Source of the DNA: Paramoeba atlantica
Lineage: Eukaryota > Protista > Discosea
NCBI GenBank assembly: GCA_977017575.1
Contig: CDRNVI010000054.1
Location: forward strand, 558,001-622,000
Reading direction: 5' to 3'
Length of the DNA: 64,000 nucleotides
This document shows, piece after piece, positions 11,171 to 22,830 of the stretch; positions within the stretch are counted from its first letter, which is position 1, and every line of letters starts with the position of its first letter. The translations under genes were made by a program, and so were the position numbers. Under the pieces are notes generated by a model. It saw nothing but the letters and a program-made list of their open reading frames with translations, did no database searches and was not told the origin of the DNA.

Positions 11171-12783
11171 CTGGGGTGCGAATCTAAAGGTGGGGGGGGG
11201 GTCTAAAATTCGTAAAAGTTGTCCAATTTTGGAAAATAATAGCGCATTGGATAGCTCTCACAGAGTTGTATGTTTTAGGATAGGTAGCATCCGGGGTTTG
11301 GGGGGTACCCCCCTTTCATGTAAGGGTCAAAAACACATATTGCAATACTTTATCTTTTTTTTTAGACGAAGGTAACTATATTTAGATATATTCGCCATCA
11401 TTTGTGCAAAGGGGCGATACTTTAGTGATGTCAATAATTTCTGTAATTTGGATTGCAAAAGACAATTAGTAACCACAGTGCCCCCCGTTCCGACTAATAA
11501 CAATTTCACAACGCTTCCTGAAACTCTTCAACGTTTTCTGAACCGTTGCAGAGTGGGTCTGTTTCAATTTAAGGAAAGACCCCTCAATGGCGGCTTCCAG
11601 ATGCTGTCGATTTCGGGGTCGAAGAAGATTTTTGTCTGTGTCCATCACAGACCACAAATTTTCGATCGGATTCAGGTCTGGAGATTTTGCAGGCCAGGGG
11701 AGAACGGAAATTCCTGTATCACGGAACGTGGCACGCGCCTTGTTGTGGGCCGGGCAGTTGTCCATGGCAATCGTGGCCGCTGGATGTCGCTTTAAATATT
11801 GAAGAAAGCCCCGTGGCTTTTTCATAGCCTGATCAAAAATTTCACCCGTAACGGTGAGTTTCTGGCCTTCTGAATTTCGAGGAGGGAAAATGTGGAGATG
11901 GAAGCCGTGTTTGAGGCTCACACCCATCCAAACCATAATCCCATTTCCGCCGTACCATGATTCTAGCTCGCCTCGTTGTTCCTTATGGGGGTCCGTCCTC
12001 CGACAAAGGTAAGTTCGCCCGGAACGCCCACGACCGCAAGTAAACTTCTTTTCGTCACAATAAACAAAATGAAGGAGTTGAGCGTCGCTCTTCTCGAGCA
12101 TCGCCTTACAAAATTGCAACCGTTTCTCCTTGTGTTCGAGTGTGAGTGATGGTCGTCGCCGAAGAGTGCGGAGCACAACGCCTTGCTTCTTCAATGTGTC
12201 GACTAGGGTCCGTCGACTGCAGGTGAATCCTTGGCTACGGATCTCTCGCAGAAGATCGCTCCAGCTCTCTACGCCGTAAACAAGGTCGCGATACCCCTCG
12301 TCGACAAGCTTGAGAGCCACATCCAGGAACGCAGGGGTAACCACCGTCGAGACACGCTCTCGGGATGCCGTTAACACGTCACCCGTAAGGGTAAAACGTT
12401 CAACCCAACGTTTTACAGTGTTCTCATGAACACCAAAGTGCTGCGCCGTAGCGGAGTACGATCCTGTGCGCTCGTATTCCGCCACCAAAAGCATGCGGTG
12501 ACTCTCTTTGACGGGGGCGGGGGAAGAATACGATCTATCGCTCAGTACTCCACGGGAAGTCCTCGAGCGAGCGCGCATTTGGGGCATTTTCTAGTAAAAA
12601 ATGTAATTCCTGCGAGGGAAAAAAGCGAAATGTGGTATCAAAAAATATGTACGTTAAAATCACAGGATTTTAATGCGCCTAAAACATACAACTCTGTGAG
12701 AGCTATCCAATGCGCTATTATTTTCCAAAATTGGACAACTTTTACGAATTTTAGACCCCCCCACCTTTAGACCCGCACCCCTG
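11171..12783 (-). mobile_element. Full-length Tc1/IS630-like DNA transposon with ~110-bp TIRs
   Basis: TIRs at 11171-11279 and 12677-12783 (caggggtgcg..tctaaaggtgggggg..). Inserted at a TA within the host CPIC codons; the left TSD is degraded. Confidence 0.92.
11466..12587 (-). CDS. Tc1/IS630-like transposase, intact, DD32E
   Basis: N-terminal HTH (ATAQHFGVHENTVKRWV); catalytic motifs YCDEKKF, AMDNCPAH and WPAKSPDLNPIENLW. Confidence 0.93.
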   Translation of the reverse strand: MPQMRARSRTSRGVLSDRSYSSPAPVKESHRMLLVAEYERTGSYSATAQHFGVHENTVKRWVERFTLTGDVLTASRERVSTVVTPAFLDVALKLVDEGYRDLVYGVESWSDLLREIRSQGFTCSRRTLVDTLKKQGVVLRTLRRRPSLTLEHKEKRLQFCKAMLEKSDAQLLHFVYCDEKKFTCGRGRSGRTYLCRRTDPHKEQRGELESWYGGNGIMVWMGVSLKHGFHLHIFPPRNSEGQKLTVTGEIFDQAMKKPRGFLQYLKRHPAATIAMDNCPAHNKARATFRDTGISVLPWPAKSPDLNPIENLWSVMDTDKNLLRPRNRQHLEAAIEGSFLKLKQTHSATVQKTLKSFRKRCEIVISRNGGHCGY

Positions 12784-13440
12784 TATGGGGCACGTCGTAT
12801 TTGAGTGTGATGATATTCCCCATCTGCGGAGAGCGGCGCAGGAGGGGAGAGGTGTCAGGGTCATAATCGATGCTGCAAATCGGGAAAGCTTATAGTTCTT
12901 TATTCCGTTTATCGCTGCCGCAAAATGTTTAGCTGTGTCAGGATCAACCGGTAGGACCCACCATTTTGAACTTATTGGGGCCCGTTTTTTCAGTTTCTGT
13001 AACGTGTTCGTTTCATACTGTTTGCGTAGGATGTCCTTGACTCGGTTGAAATCTGCAAGATCATCAAGAGTATAAGTTGCTGGTCTTATCAAGCCTCGGC
13101 GGGGTACATTCTTCTCTTCCTCTATTCGGGAGCGGAGGGATTGTAGCACATTCGGGTCACAAGAACTTTGCATATGGCAAAGAGCTTCCCCGGTCCAAAG
13201 GTGCCATAATTGCGATGCGCTTGTAAGATTCCATCCGCGTGAGGTATATAAGCTTTCAGTACTGGTGGCAGAGGCAAAGTTCATCCACTTCTTGATATGG
13301 TGGGTGGCTCTCTTTTGTAGCCTCTCACTGAATGAGTAAGGCTAGCATGAACAACGAATTGAAAGCGCAATTCGGATAGGACGGCATGTTGGTAGATCCA
13401 TAGTTTGGATGAGAACCTTTGGATTAAACCTACCTTTGGA

Positions 13441-15130
13441 TTAGACCCGTAGTGGATTAGGAGGTTTCTGAAGGCCTCCTTGACCTCCTTGTGGCGGGAG
13501 GCCTGGGTTTTCCCCTTAACCTTCTTACAATCCAGTGCGTGTACGCAAAACTCCTCGTTGCGGAGGGTTGCACCGCACACGCACTGGAGCTCAGGCTCCG
13601 AGGTACGGGCGACCAAGTACCGGAGACGGGCCGTAGTCTCCCACTGCGGGTCCCACATGTAGTACTCCGGCCGGTTGGGCCACGCATTCATCCACTTTGT
13701 GGAATGAACGTTCTGAATCTGCCGCATGCAGATCAGTTGCGTGGTGGATGGGCCTTTCAGTAGGGCCGCCTCGCAGAGGGAGCGACGCTGATCTTTAGTC
13801 GACTGGCCTTGAGGTAGGCCTTGCAGGACACATTTGGCCTTGGCCTGCATGCCCTCGGCCTTATGCTCAAAAGGGATGTTAAGCCCTAGTGACTTAATCT
13901 CCCCTTGCATTGCCTCCAGGGCCGCCCCGCACACCTTGGGCTCCCCTGCAAAGGTAACATCATCCAGAGACGCCCAGACTTTGAGGGTTCCAGGGAATTT
14001 AGCAGCCACTTTGGCTATGGCCCCGTGTATCCCTATGGCGAATAGGATAGGAGCCATAGGATCACCTTGCTTAACCCCTCTGGAACTTATAATAGATGTA
14101 CCTTCCCCCAAGTGGAGAGAGCTAGCCTTCCCGTAGCTAAAGAGGGTGATACCCTCCAGAGGGAGTAGCTTCGGGTCCCCCTCCAGGGCCCGGAAGATGA
14201 CAGACCGCGAGATATTGAAAGCATTTTCCAGGTCCGCAGCCACTATGATTTCATCGGGCCTGTCCCGGAAGTGCTGTATATAATATGTTCACACCCTTGG
14301 GTGTATCGTGCTCCGAACTGGAGTCCTTGGAAGAATGTGGGGAGGTGTTCTCTCACTTTCTCCGGGGCCAGAAGACCGGCGACCTTCAGAAGGCATTCCC
14401 CCATCGCTATGGGGCGGTACGAGGAGTGATGTCCAGCTGGGGCGCCCGGCTTGGTAAATAGTTTCAACGATGCCCCCGTAAGCAGCTCGCGCATCGAGGG
14501 ACGGAGAGAGTTGGTTAGTATTCCATGTATGATCCACGTGACTGTGTCACGTGGACCGTCGTCCATTAGAACTGGGGTTACGAGTTCTTTAGTCCACCCC
14601 GTCGGGCCCGGGGCGCGAAGCGGTGCCAGGCTTTGGGCCTTTCTAGCTACATCCGCAGGGGAAGGCAGGGACCCGTGTCGGTCCTTATTGTAGAGATATT
14701 TCCCCGTGGTGTAGGGTCCCCCAGAAGGATGAAGTCGTTTGGCTTGTGCAAGGGCTGCCGCGGGATTGGCCGGTGGGTCGAGCGGTGCCTCCAGAATTTT
14801 GGCGGCTCTCGAGAAAGCTTCTGCTCTAATCAGTTCCGTCGCGCGTTTGACCGCCGACATAGGGGAGCCATTGGCCGGGTTGGGGGTGGTCGGGGCCGAG
14901 GTTTCTGAGCCCTCAAGGTGAGCTCGCATGCGTAGTTCGCGTGCAAGCTGTCTTTGCGATAGCTTGTCCTCCGGGAAGAAAAGGAAGCGCTTAACAGCGA
15001 GAAGGAGATTCCAAGCCGTCTTTATCTTCCCCTGTTCAGATTTCCCTAGGAAGTCGTGGCATACACTTAGCACGTACTCTCTCCATGCGGGACATTGAAT
15101 AGCGTACATTATCACAGCTCCATAAACACG
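13441..15130 (-). mobile_element. CRE/SLACS-like non-LTR retrotransposon fragment (frameshifted, internally deleted, 3' truncated)
   Basis: RAPGPTGW, YRPIAMGE, AADLENAFN, GVKQGDP, ASLDDVTF and CVCG...HALDC. Clear paralog of 27740-31991. Confidence 0.85.
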
Positions 15131-15411
15131 CTAGATACCGGTCCCAAGCCCGTCGTTCTCGTGAACAAAAAACGAGAAAGTGTGAGGGAAGAGCGCAAAT
15201 CAAACGCAATATTAAACTTATAAGTTACTGAAATAAGCGGATGATAAAAAACAAAGGGCCTGTATTTCTTTCTTGAACTCATTATTTACAAGTCCACTTA
15301 TTTATTCATCTACTTTACGTATTGCTTTTCTCCAAAATTCTAATAATAAGGAAATGCTTGGGAATCGGCCTGGCACGACATACTGCGCAGCCCTCTATTA
15401 ATAATCAAATT

Positions 15412-16775
15412 CGAGGTCTTTTCGAAGACTCCGTGTCCGGAGGGTGCACGCTCCGGAGGTAGTCATCTGCCTCCGAGGTCATTCGTGACTCCCTCCCCTC
15501 GGGCATGTGTTCCGAATCATGTTTGGTATAGTATTCGAGGTCTTCTTGTAGACTCCGTGTCCGGAGGGTGCACGCTCCGGAGGTACAGTAAACGTCACTA
15601 TTCTCAGAATGCTCAGTTGTACGTTGACACAGAAAAAACGGCTTTTTTGTCGTTTTTCGTCACTATTCTCAGAATTGGTCTGTTGAACGTTGACAGGCAC
15701 TTTTTTATGAGGTCAAATCCCAATTCTCATTTTTAAAAAAGAAAACGTTTCGCAAGAAACACGTTAGCAGCGGAGCAACTGGCCGCTTTGGGTGCACAAA
15801 AATGACCCCCAGTGATCTCCAACTATCTCCTCGGTTTACGGAGTCGCCGCTCTATCAGTAGAACACCGCGCAGTCAAACAGCGCCAGTTTTCCTTTTGTG
15901 TAATAGCGTTTTGTTTTCAGAAAAACAAAGTTTCATTACTCGTAGTCACTTAAATCAATGTTGTCTTTTCTTTTTTTGGTCTCACTAAGACATTTGTGTG
16001 CCAGTAATAGACCCCCCCCGCAACAGAGATTGGACGATTTTTCGGCTGACCCTCAGTAACAGAGATTTGGTTCGGGAGGGTGGTTGGAGGGGGGGGGGGT
16101 GTTTGGGCGGGTGGGGGTCGCTGGGCTGGGTGAGGGTGGTTGCGCGGGAGCGAATGGCGTAGTTGCGGGGTTGTCAGGGCAGAAAATCAACGAACTCGTG
16201 AGTAAAAAAGGTTTTTTCCCACCAAAAAAGCATACCCCCCCAGTAACGGAGATTTGGCCATTCGGGTCCAAACTCTCCAGTGAGTGAAGATGAAGCAGTG
16301 AGTTAATCATTGAGAAAACGAAAGCGCTTTTTTTTCAATTCTCATTTTTGAGTGTAAAATTGAATTGAACGTTGACACATGACAGAAGCTCCATTCTCAT
16401 TTTTCAAGGTGCATTCTCATTTTAGCCAGTTGTACGTTGACAGCCCAATTCTCATTTTTAGCGACTCTCAGAATAGTGACGTTTACTGTAGTCATCTGCC
16501 TCCGAGGTCATTCGTGACTCCCTCCCCTCGGGCATGTGTTCCGAATCATGTTTGGTATAGTATTCGAGGTCTTCTTGTAGACTCCGTGTCCCGAGGGTGC
16601 ACGCTCCGGAGGTAGTTATCTGCCTCCGAGGTTATTCGTGACTCCCTCCCCTCGGGCATGTGTTCCGAATCATGTTTGGTATGGTATTCGAGGTCTTCTT
16701 GTAGACTCCGTGTCCCGAGGGTGCACGCTCCGGAGGTAGTCATCTGCCTCCGAGGTCATTCGTGACTCCCTCCCT
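15412..16775. repeat. 124-bp tandem repeat (~3.7 units) split by a MITE
   Basis: Unit tagtcatctgcctccgaggtcattcgtgactccc...gcacgctccggagg starts at 15460, 15584/16489, 16613 and 16737. Confidence 0.9.
15586..16488. mobile_element. 903-bp non-autonomous Tc1/mariner-type element
   Basis: TA|cagtaaacgtcactattct ... agaatagtgacgtttactg|TA. Removing it restores the 124-bp repeat unit exactly. Confidence 0.88.
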
Positions 16776-17188
16776 GGTTTATTAAGACAGCGTCGTTAAT
16801 CCATTTCTGTTCGAACTATTTCTCATGTTACTCGTATTACGACTTGATGCAATGTCGCTGTTACGAGACTGTGGTTCTGCAGCATTTCGATGTCCAGGTA
16901 TCCATCTTATGCTGAGGTGTAACTTCTTTTCTACCTTCCATTTCGAAATAAATCTTACGATCGAGAAAAAGCGAGACACTGCGATATCTTTTCGCAATTT
17001 CGATTTTTGTGGCGATGTTTGTCTGTGGCGAGAGCCATTCTTTATTGTGCAACAATTTCGAAAGTTCCGTGTAGTTCAAAAAAAGGTACTTTGTCTGAGA
17101 AATGTTTCCGAACAACGCGGTATAAACCACTAAAAACAATGTCTAAAAATAATTAACTTTCATTATATAAATTGCCTTCTCACTTTAC

Positions 17189-17693
17189 ATGCGGCGCTTA
17201 ACCCTACGCACTATCGTGCAGCTCACATGTTCGGATATTCAGGAACCGTCGACTAAACGACGTAAAGTCGAAAGCCCAATACCTTCCAACACTCATTCTG
17301 CTGAAGAAACTACAAAGACGAGATCGCGTATTGCTAAAGTGAGCGCTGCGAATTTACCTCAAGAGTATCAACTCGTTCGTCTCCTCGCGGAAGTCCACAA
17401 CTTGGACGAATCGTGGAGTCTTCACACGCCAGCATGCGAGTGGGAAGGTGTGAGTTGTAACGAGCGGGAAGAAGTCAGCCACGTGAGATGGACCCAACGA
17501 GATTTGTCAGGTACTATGAACTTGATTTATCTCCCACATAGTTTGTACGATTTTGATGTGCTTGGGAACGCGCTAGAAGGGACAGTGCCTCTCACGCGCT
17601 TGCCTTCGGAACTGCGATCACTAACTCTGTACGAAAATCGGTTTGCAGGCGAGTTGGACCTGACTTCTCTTCCGCACTGCTTCGAAGATTTGG
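17189..17693 (+). pseudogene. LRR gene (KRRKVESP subfamily), 5' part, disrupted by a nested retro-insertion
   Basis: Near-identical to 35031, 44280 and 51949 up to ...CFEDLA; resumes at 22740. Confidence 0.9.
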
Positions 17694-17723
17694 CGATAAA
17701 GATACAGTTTCTGTACCTTGTTG
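17694..17723 (+). other. Spliced-leader-like relic 1
   Basis: cgataaagatacagtttctgtaccttgttg; carries the kinetoplastid SL core ACAGTTTCTGTAC followed by a 7-nt tail ending TTG. Confidence 0.75.
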
Positions 17724-17996
17724 TTCATCCTTTCTTTCCCCGGCAACGGGCATACTCTTACTGTATTTTCATGCCCGTTGCCGGCCGGCACTAACTACAC
17801 TACTACTCCAAGCTAAGCATCCATCCCGACTCGCTACGTCGGTGAAACCCCTCAGTTCATCGACGGAAATGGGACCAAAACCACTACGAGCCACAGAGGA
17901 AGACGTAACGCAGGCTCTTGCAACTTTTCACCGGGGGTCATCGGGTGGCGCTTTTGGGCTACGCCCTGAACACGTACAAGTGGCACTAGAGAACAC
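17724..17996 (+). mobile_element. 5' fragment of a CRE-like retroelement following SL relic 1
   Basis: Encodes PLRATEEDVTQALATFHRGSSGGAFGLRPEHV, resembling the RT-upstream 'F..GS.GG..GLRP.H' motif of CRE-type elements. Truncated by the next SL-headed insertion. Confidence 0.55.
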
Positions 17997-18028
17997 AACG
18001 ATAAAGATACAGTTTCTGTACCTTGTTG
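17997..18028 (+). other. Spliced-leader-like relic 2
   Basis: aacgataaagatacagtttctgtaccttgttg, 33 nt upstream of the ATG (18062) of the R2-like element. Confidence 0.78.
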
Positions 18029-21000
18029 TTGTTGTTTTTTTTTCTAAACTGTATCTCCAACATGTCCGACAATCCCACTTCTCCGCGGAATGTTGACGAT
18101 GCGCTGCCGGACCTCCCTCGAGCTTCCGGCGGCGTACAGACGCAAACCCTGCACTTCGTCCACAGCAGATCACGGCCCGTTAAGATACGACGCCTCACTG
18201 ACCTGCATTGGACGTATTTCCCGGACATTAAGACCGCGAGCCAATGGTCCATAGTCAGACAAAGAATTCCATCCCGACAAGGTGCGGAAGTAGCTATCAC
18301 GAAACTGCTGAGTAAGTGTGCATCAGCACACGATCTCGTAGCTGAACACACCACCTTTGAGGAGCTCGTGGAGCATAACGCGTGCGACTATATAAAGGTT
18401 ACGAGGAATGAACACCCCTACACCATCTCCCTGCACCCAAACTGGGTCTCGATGCACACCGACCCTGCCCTCAGCCTGCGAGACAAGTATTCCACCCCAA
18501 GCACGCTAAATAAGGCAGCCCTGAAGGCCATACAGGGAAGAGAAATATCGGGACTGAAGCACATAAAAATCGAGCTCATAAGAAACCAGGAAACACCAAG
18601 CACTGAAACCGCGGAATACGAGAAGCCGCGCAGGATAGAAGAATCCCCTCATAAAATCGCTCCCCCACGAACGCCAAAGCCCCAGAAGGGTAAAACTGAT
18701 CAACACAAGGGACCATGCAAGCACCGCTGCTTGAGCAAACTCTCCTGTGCTCACAAGTGCTGTAAAATCTATGGACCGCTGCCGAGTGAGGACGCTACAT
18801 ATTGCTCATCAGAAGGAGCACTGCCACCTGAGATCGTCCCAGAAGGAACTGCAAATAACACCAACCCAGGAGATCCAAGTAAATATACGCCGGAAAGCAC
18901 CTCTTCGGAACCTGCGACACATACAAAATGCAACACACATGCGTCGAACGGTCACCGCAAACCTACCGTACATGATGAACCTTCCGCCCCGCATCCATGT
19001 CGTCATTCCTGCAAGAACAAAGCTACGTGCGGACATCTATGTTGTAAACGAGGCATTAAATCTTCGCATCTGGACTTTCCAACTTCCGCGACTTCTACAA
19101 ATGAAAATCTACAAACGAAGCTATGCAACGCAATATCACGGGAGGGCGCTCATACAACTTTAGAACGCGGGTTAAACCCGGCAACACAACCTCCACCTGA
19201 TGTCCAAATGGTCCCACCTGCCGAGGGAACCCAAACAGAGGGGGCCGACGTCAACCAGAACTCCGTAGCACCAAACCTCAACGACAACGATAGTGATTTC
19301 CTACTGAAAGCTGCTAAATTGGCTGGTTGGGCCATGCGTAACGTTATAAACTTCTACCGCCTTCCCAATACTAGCATCAACGGACCAACAAACGGGAACC
19401 AACATACTGTGCAAATAACGGATGCGACGTGCACTGACAACAAAGATAGCACTATGCACAACCCTGCGCCACTCCCTGACGCGACGCCTAGCAGTGCAGC
19501 GCATTACCCACAGAACACCGTACACGTGGAACCATGTCGCCACCGATGCTCGGCCAAGCTACGCTGTCTGCATAAATGCTGTAAGATATATGGACCGCTT
19601 AGGTACAATGAGCCCCTCGTCCGACCTTCTCCTCTTCCTCCTCCTTCGCACACTACGGAACTTCGAGTTCCATCATGGGATGAAACCAGCGAAAGGGAGC
19701 GCCTCCATCTGCTTGAACAACACAAAACCATAACAGGGGGGAAAATGTGCCTAAAGCTTAACGACGATCAATGGAAGGCGGTTGAAAACAAGGCATACGA
19801 TACATGCCGAAGGCTGCAATATCCAACAGTAGACACCCCGGAAATCGCAGTGAAAAACGCAGAACTCCTGGGTGCCTCTCTGGCAGTGGCGGCATACGAA
19901 ATTGCACAAGAGATTAACCCCACTAAAGGTTTCCTCACGCGATCGAAACGCGGACACGCCCGATTCAAGCACCGGCCACTTTCGTCTGAAAATGCAGCCC
20001 ACGAAATGACGAAACACATACGCAACCAAAAGAAATCACTACGCTACACACACGGAACGGAACGCCAAGAGCTCCGTCGCTGCATTAAGGAAAGTGAGAA
20101 GCTAGAGAAAACATACACAGAAGAGGCCAAAGCACATAGGAAACAGCTAGAAAGACAATGGGCCCATAGCAGATTCACGCGGAACCCGTGGACAGCAGCA
20201 TCCGAGGCCTTGGACCGCCCCTCGACCTCCGCCACCGCCGAATATCCTGAATGCGATTTGCCTACGATAGAAAAATATTTCACAGAAAGCACAGCACCTC
20301 CCGCCGAAGAGCATCGCCTGCCGCCGAACAACGTACTTGGTCCTCTACCCATCAACGAAATGGAATGGTCTCCACTGACCGCGCAAGATGTCGCAGACGC
20401 GCTCAGCAGCAAAAGAAGCGCAAGCGCGCCAGGGCGTGATACGATTACAAACGCACTTCTAAAATAATGCAAATACCTGTACCCCCGTATAGCGAACACG
20501 TTTAATGATCTTCTGCGCTACGGCGTCTGCCCGCCATGCTGGTCCTCCGCCGTAGTTAAACTCATTCACAAAGGAGGCGAAAAACACATCCCGAAAAACT
20601 GGAGACCTATCTCCCTGACTAGCGCTCTAGGCAAACTTTTCAATAGCATGATCGGACACCAAATTTTGACGCATACCGTGTCCTCCGGCCTCCTAGATAC
20701 AAGCGTTCAAAAAGGCTTTCTTCCGAAGATGAGTGGTACACTGGAACACACGCAAGCTCTCTCCGAAATATTACAATATTACCGCCGAAACAAAAGGCAA
20801 TATTGTCTCACGCAGTTTGATCTCAGCAATGCATTCGGCTCGGTCCCCCATAACATCATCTTCGAGGCACTGCGATGGGCAAACGTCTCGCCACAAATCG
20901 TGTCCTACGTTGAAAGCATGTATTCACATGCGGAAATGCGTATTAAGTGTGTCGAAGGTTTGTCACGTGTTATACCGATACACAGAGGCGTACTACAAGG

Positions 21001-22739
21001 TGATACCCTGTCGCCCATAATTTTCAACTTAGTGATGGAAACTGTACTACGATACCTCAAGCAATCGTGCCCCCGGTATGGCCTTGACTACCCAGATACT
21101 CCAAGGCATTTCCTGAAAGCCTACGTTGACGACCTGACGATACTGACTAGCAGCGATACCGACATGCAGCACGCGACCAACACACTCGAAACTGCACTGA
21201 GACGAATAGGACTCTCAATCAACGTAGACAAGAGCCGTACACAGTGCATGTCCATGCGTGAAGGCAGTGAGCACCCGGGTTACATGACCAGGAAGCCGAG
21301 ACTCAGTATCGAAGGCAAAGCGATACCACATATATGTGACCGTGGAAGCACTTTTCTTGGAATGACCATAGCACCAGGAGCACAGCAAGCGAAAGAACTT
21401 TTCAAAAAGCTGGATGTCAGACTAAGAACATGGCTTCGGAATGTCGACGAGAGTGCACACAGTCTCCCCGAAAAACTTTGGATCTACAACAGAGCGATCG
21501 TATCCCGTCTGCGCTACGCCCTCACCGTTCACCCGTGTGTCACTTTCAACTTTGTATTGCGATTGCAGAAAAGAATTACGCGTCACCTTAAGAAGTGGAT
21601 CAATGCAGCATCCACGACTTGCACCGAAATTCTTTATACTGAACGAGGGTGGAACCTTAAAAGTTTATCCAAGCTGTGGTCCGAATGCTCTATCCTAGCC
21701 TTAACACAGATGCACAAGTCGCGGGACCCATCGATACAGGCGGCACTACGAGCCCGAATCAAGCAAGAAGAAGAAAAACGATCCTCTGGTTATATTCGTC
21801 CAAGCGCTGACGCCATTCAACACCTTCATGACGCGCGGAAGGCGCAACAGATAGCCCGTGATAACCATGAATCTTACGTCATAAATCAGCTTCAGAGACG
21901 GGCACCGACAGCAGCAAAATGGTGGAGCCTCCCCTCCGAGGCTGATCTCGCGAAAGAGTTCTCAGCGGCCCTGAACAACCTCAACAGTGAAAAACTTTCT
22001 CGCTTCGCAGCTTCAGTACTAACGCTTTCACCCCTACCATCCAGAACCAATCTTCGGCTTTGGGGTCTCCGGCGTGCGAGTGTAACATGTCCCATATGTA
22101 AACTCGAACCTCAAACAACAAGGCACGTGCTCTCGGGGTGCAAAGAGTCCCTTCAGCAAGGGAGATACACCCTCCGTCATGACATGTTACTTGAAGAGCT
22201 CGGAAAACACTTGCTGCGTTCGCCGTATACCGAGAGCGTACACCTAGATATCCCCGGATTTAGGAATGCCCCGGCATGGCTCGGCACCAGTGAGGACCTT
22301 CTTCGCCCCGACGGTTTGATTACACTTAAGGATGGAAGTGAGTTCATCATTGAGCTCACTGTGCCCTGGGAAGAGAACCAGTCTCAGGCGCACGAGGGCA
22401 AATCCCGTAAATATAATGCTCTCTTCCATGAACGACGCATTAATCACCCTAGGACGACCCTTGTTGTATTCGAAGTGGGAGCCCGCGGCTCGTTACTCAC
22501 ATCTTGTCGAAACCTCAACCTCCTCTTTGACGAGGACACAAAGCTTGCGGAAAAATGTCGAGAAAGTCTAATGCAGACCGCCCTTCGAGGCAGTTTCATT
22601 ATCTGGCAGAACCGTGAGTCTGCCGTTTGGACAGAAGGACGGGTATAACGTCTGTAAAAGATAGGTCTGGGCAGCGTCATATGCGCCCCCCAGGCCTATC
22701 CGCATATTCTCTGCCTTATAAAGGTATGATAAATTAAAC
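18029..22739 (+). mobile_element. Full-length R2-like (RLE-clade) non-LTR retrotransposon with a single nonsense codon
   Basis: One reading frame 18062-22648 (~1528 codons) with TAA at 20465. RT motifs SAPGRD, WRPISL, FDLSNAFGSV, GVLQGD and YVDDL; CPIC..RH knuckle; RHD, RPDG and IIELTVPWEEN nuclease motifs; short 3'UTR ending ...aaattaaac. Confidence 0.92.
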
Positions 22740-22830
22740 TTAACTGACAACAGATTCAATGGAACTGTATGTTTGACGAGTCTGCCGGTGAATATGCAAA
22801 GTGTGAACCTTAGCGAAAATCGTTTTGTCG
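22740..22830 (+). pseudogene. 3' remnant of the LRR gene begun at 17189
   Basis: tta act gac aac aga ttc aat gga... = LTDNRFNGTVCLTSLPVNMQSVNLSENRF, colinear with the paralogs, then truncated. Confidence 0.85.

Larger units (their letters stand above)
10492..13440 (-). mobile_element. 5'-truncated R2-like (RLE) non-LTR retrotransposon, interrupted twice
   Basis: The pieces KLWIYQHAVL, KWMNFASATSTESLYTSRGWNL, CP(I)C..RH, QGRYSYRHNLLL, LRPDG and IIELTIPWEEN are homologous to the C-terminal half of 18062-22648. Split by a Tc1 (11171-12783) and a mini-CRE (10798-10912). Confidence 0.85.
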
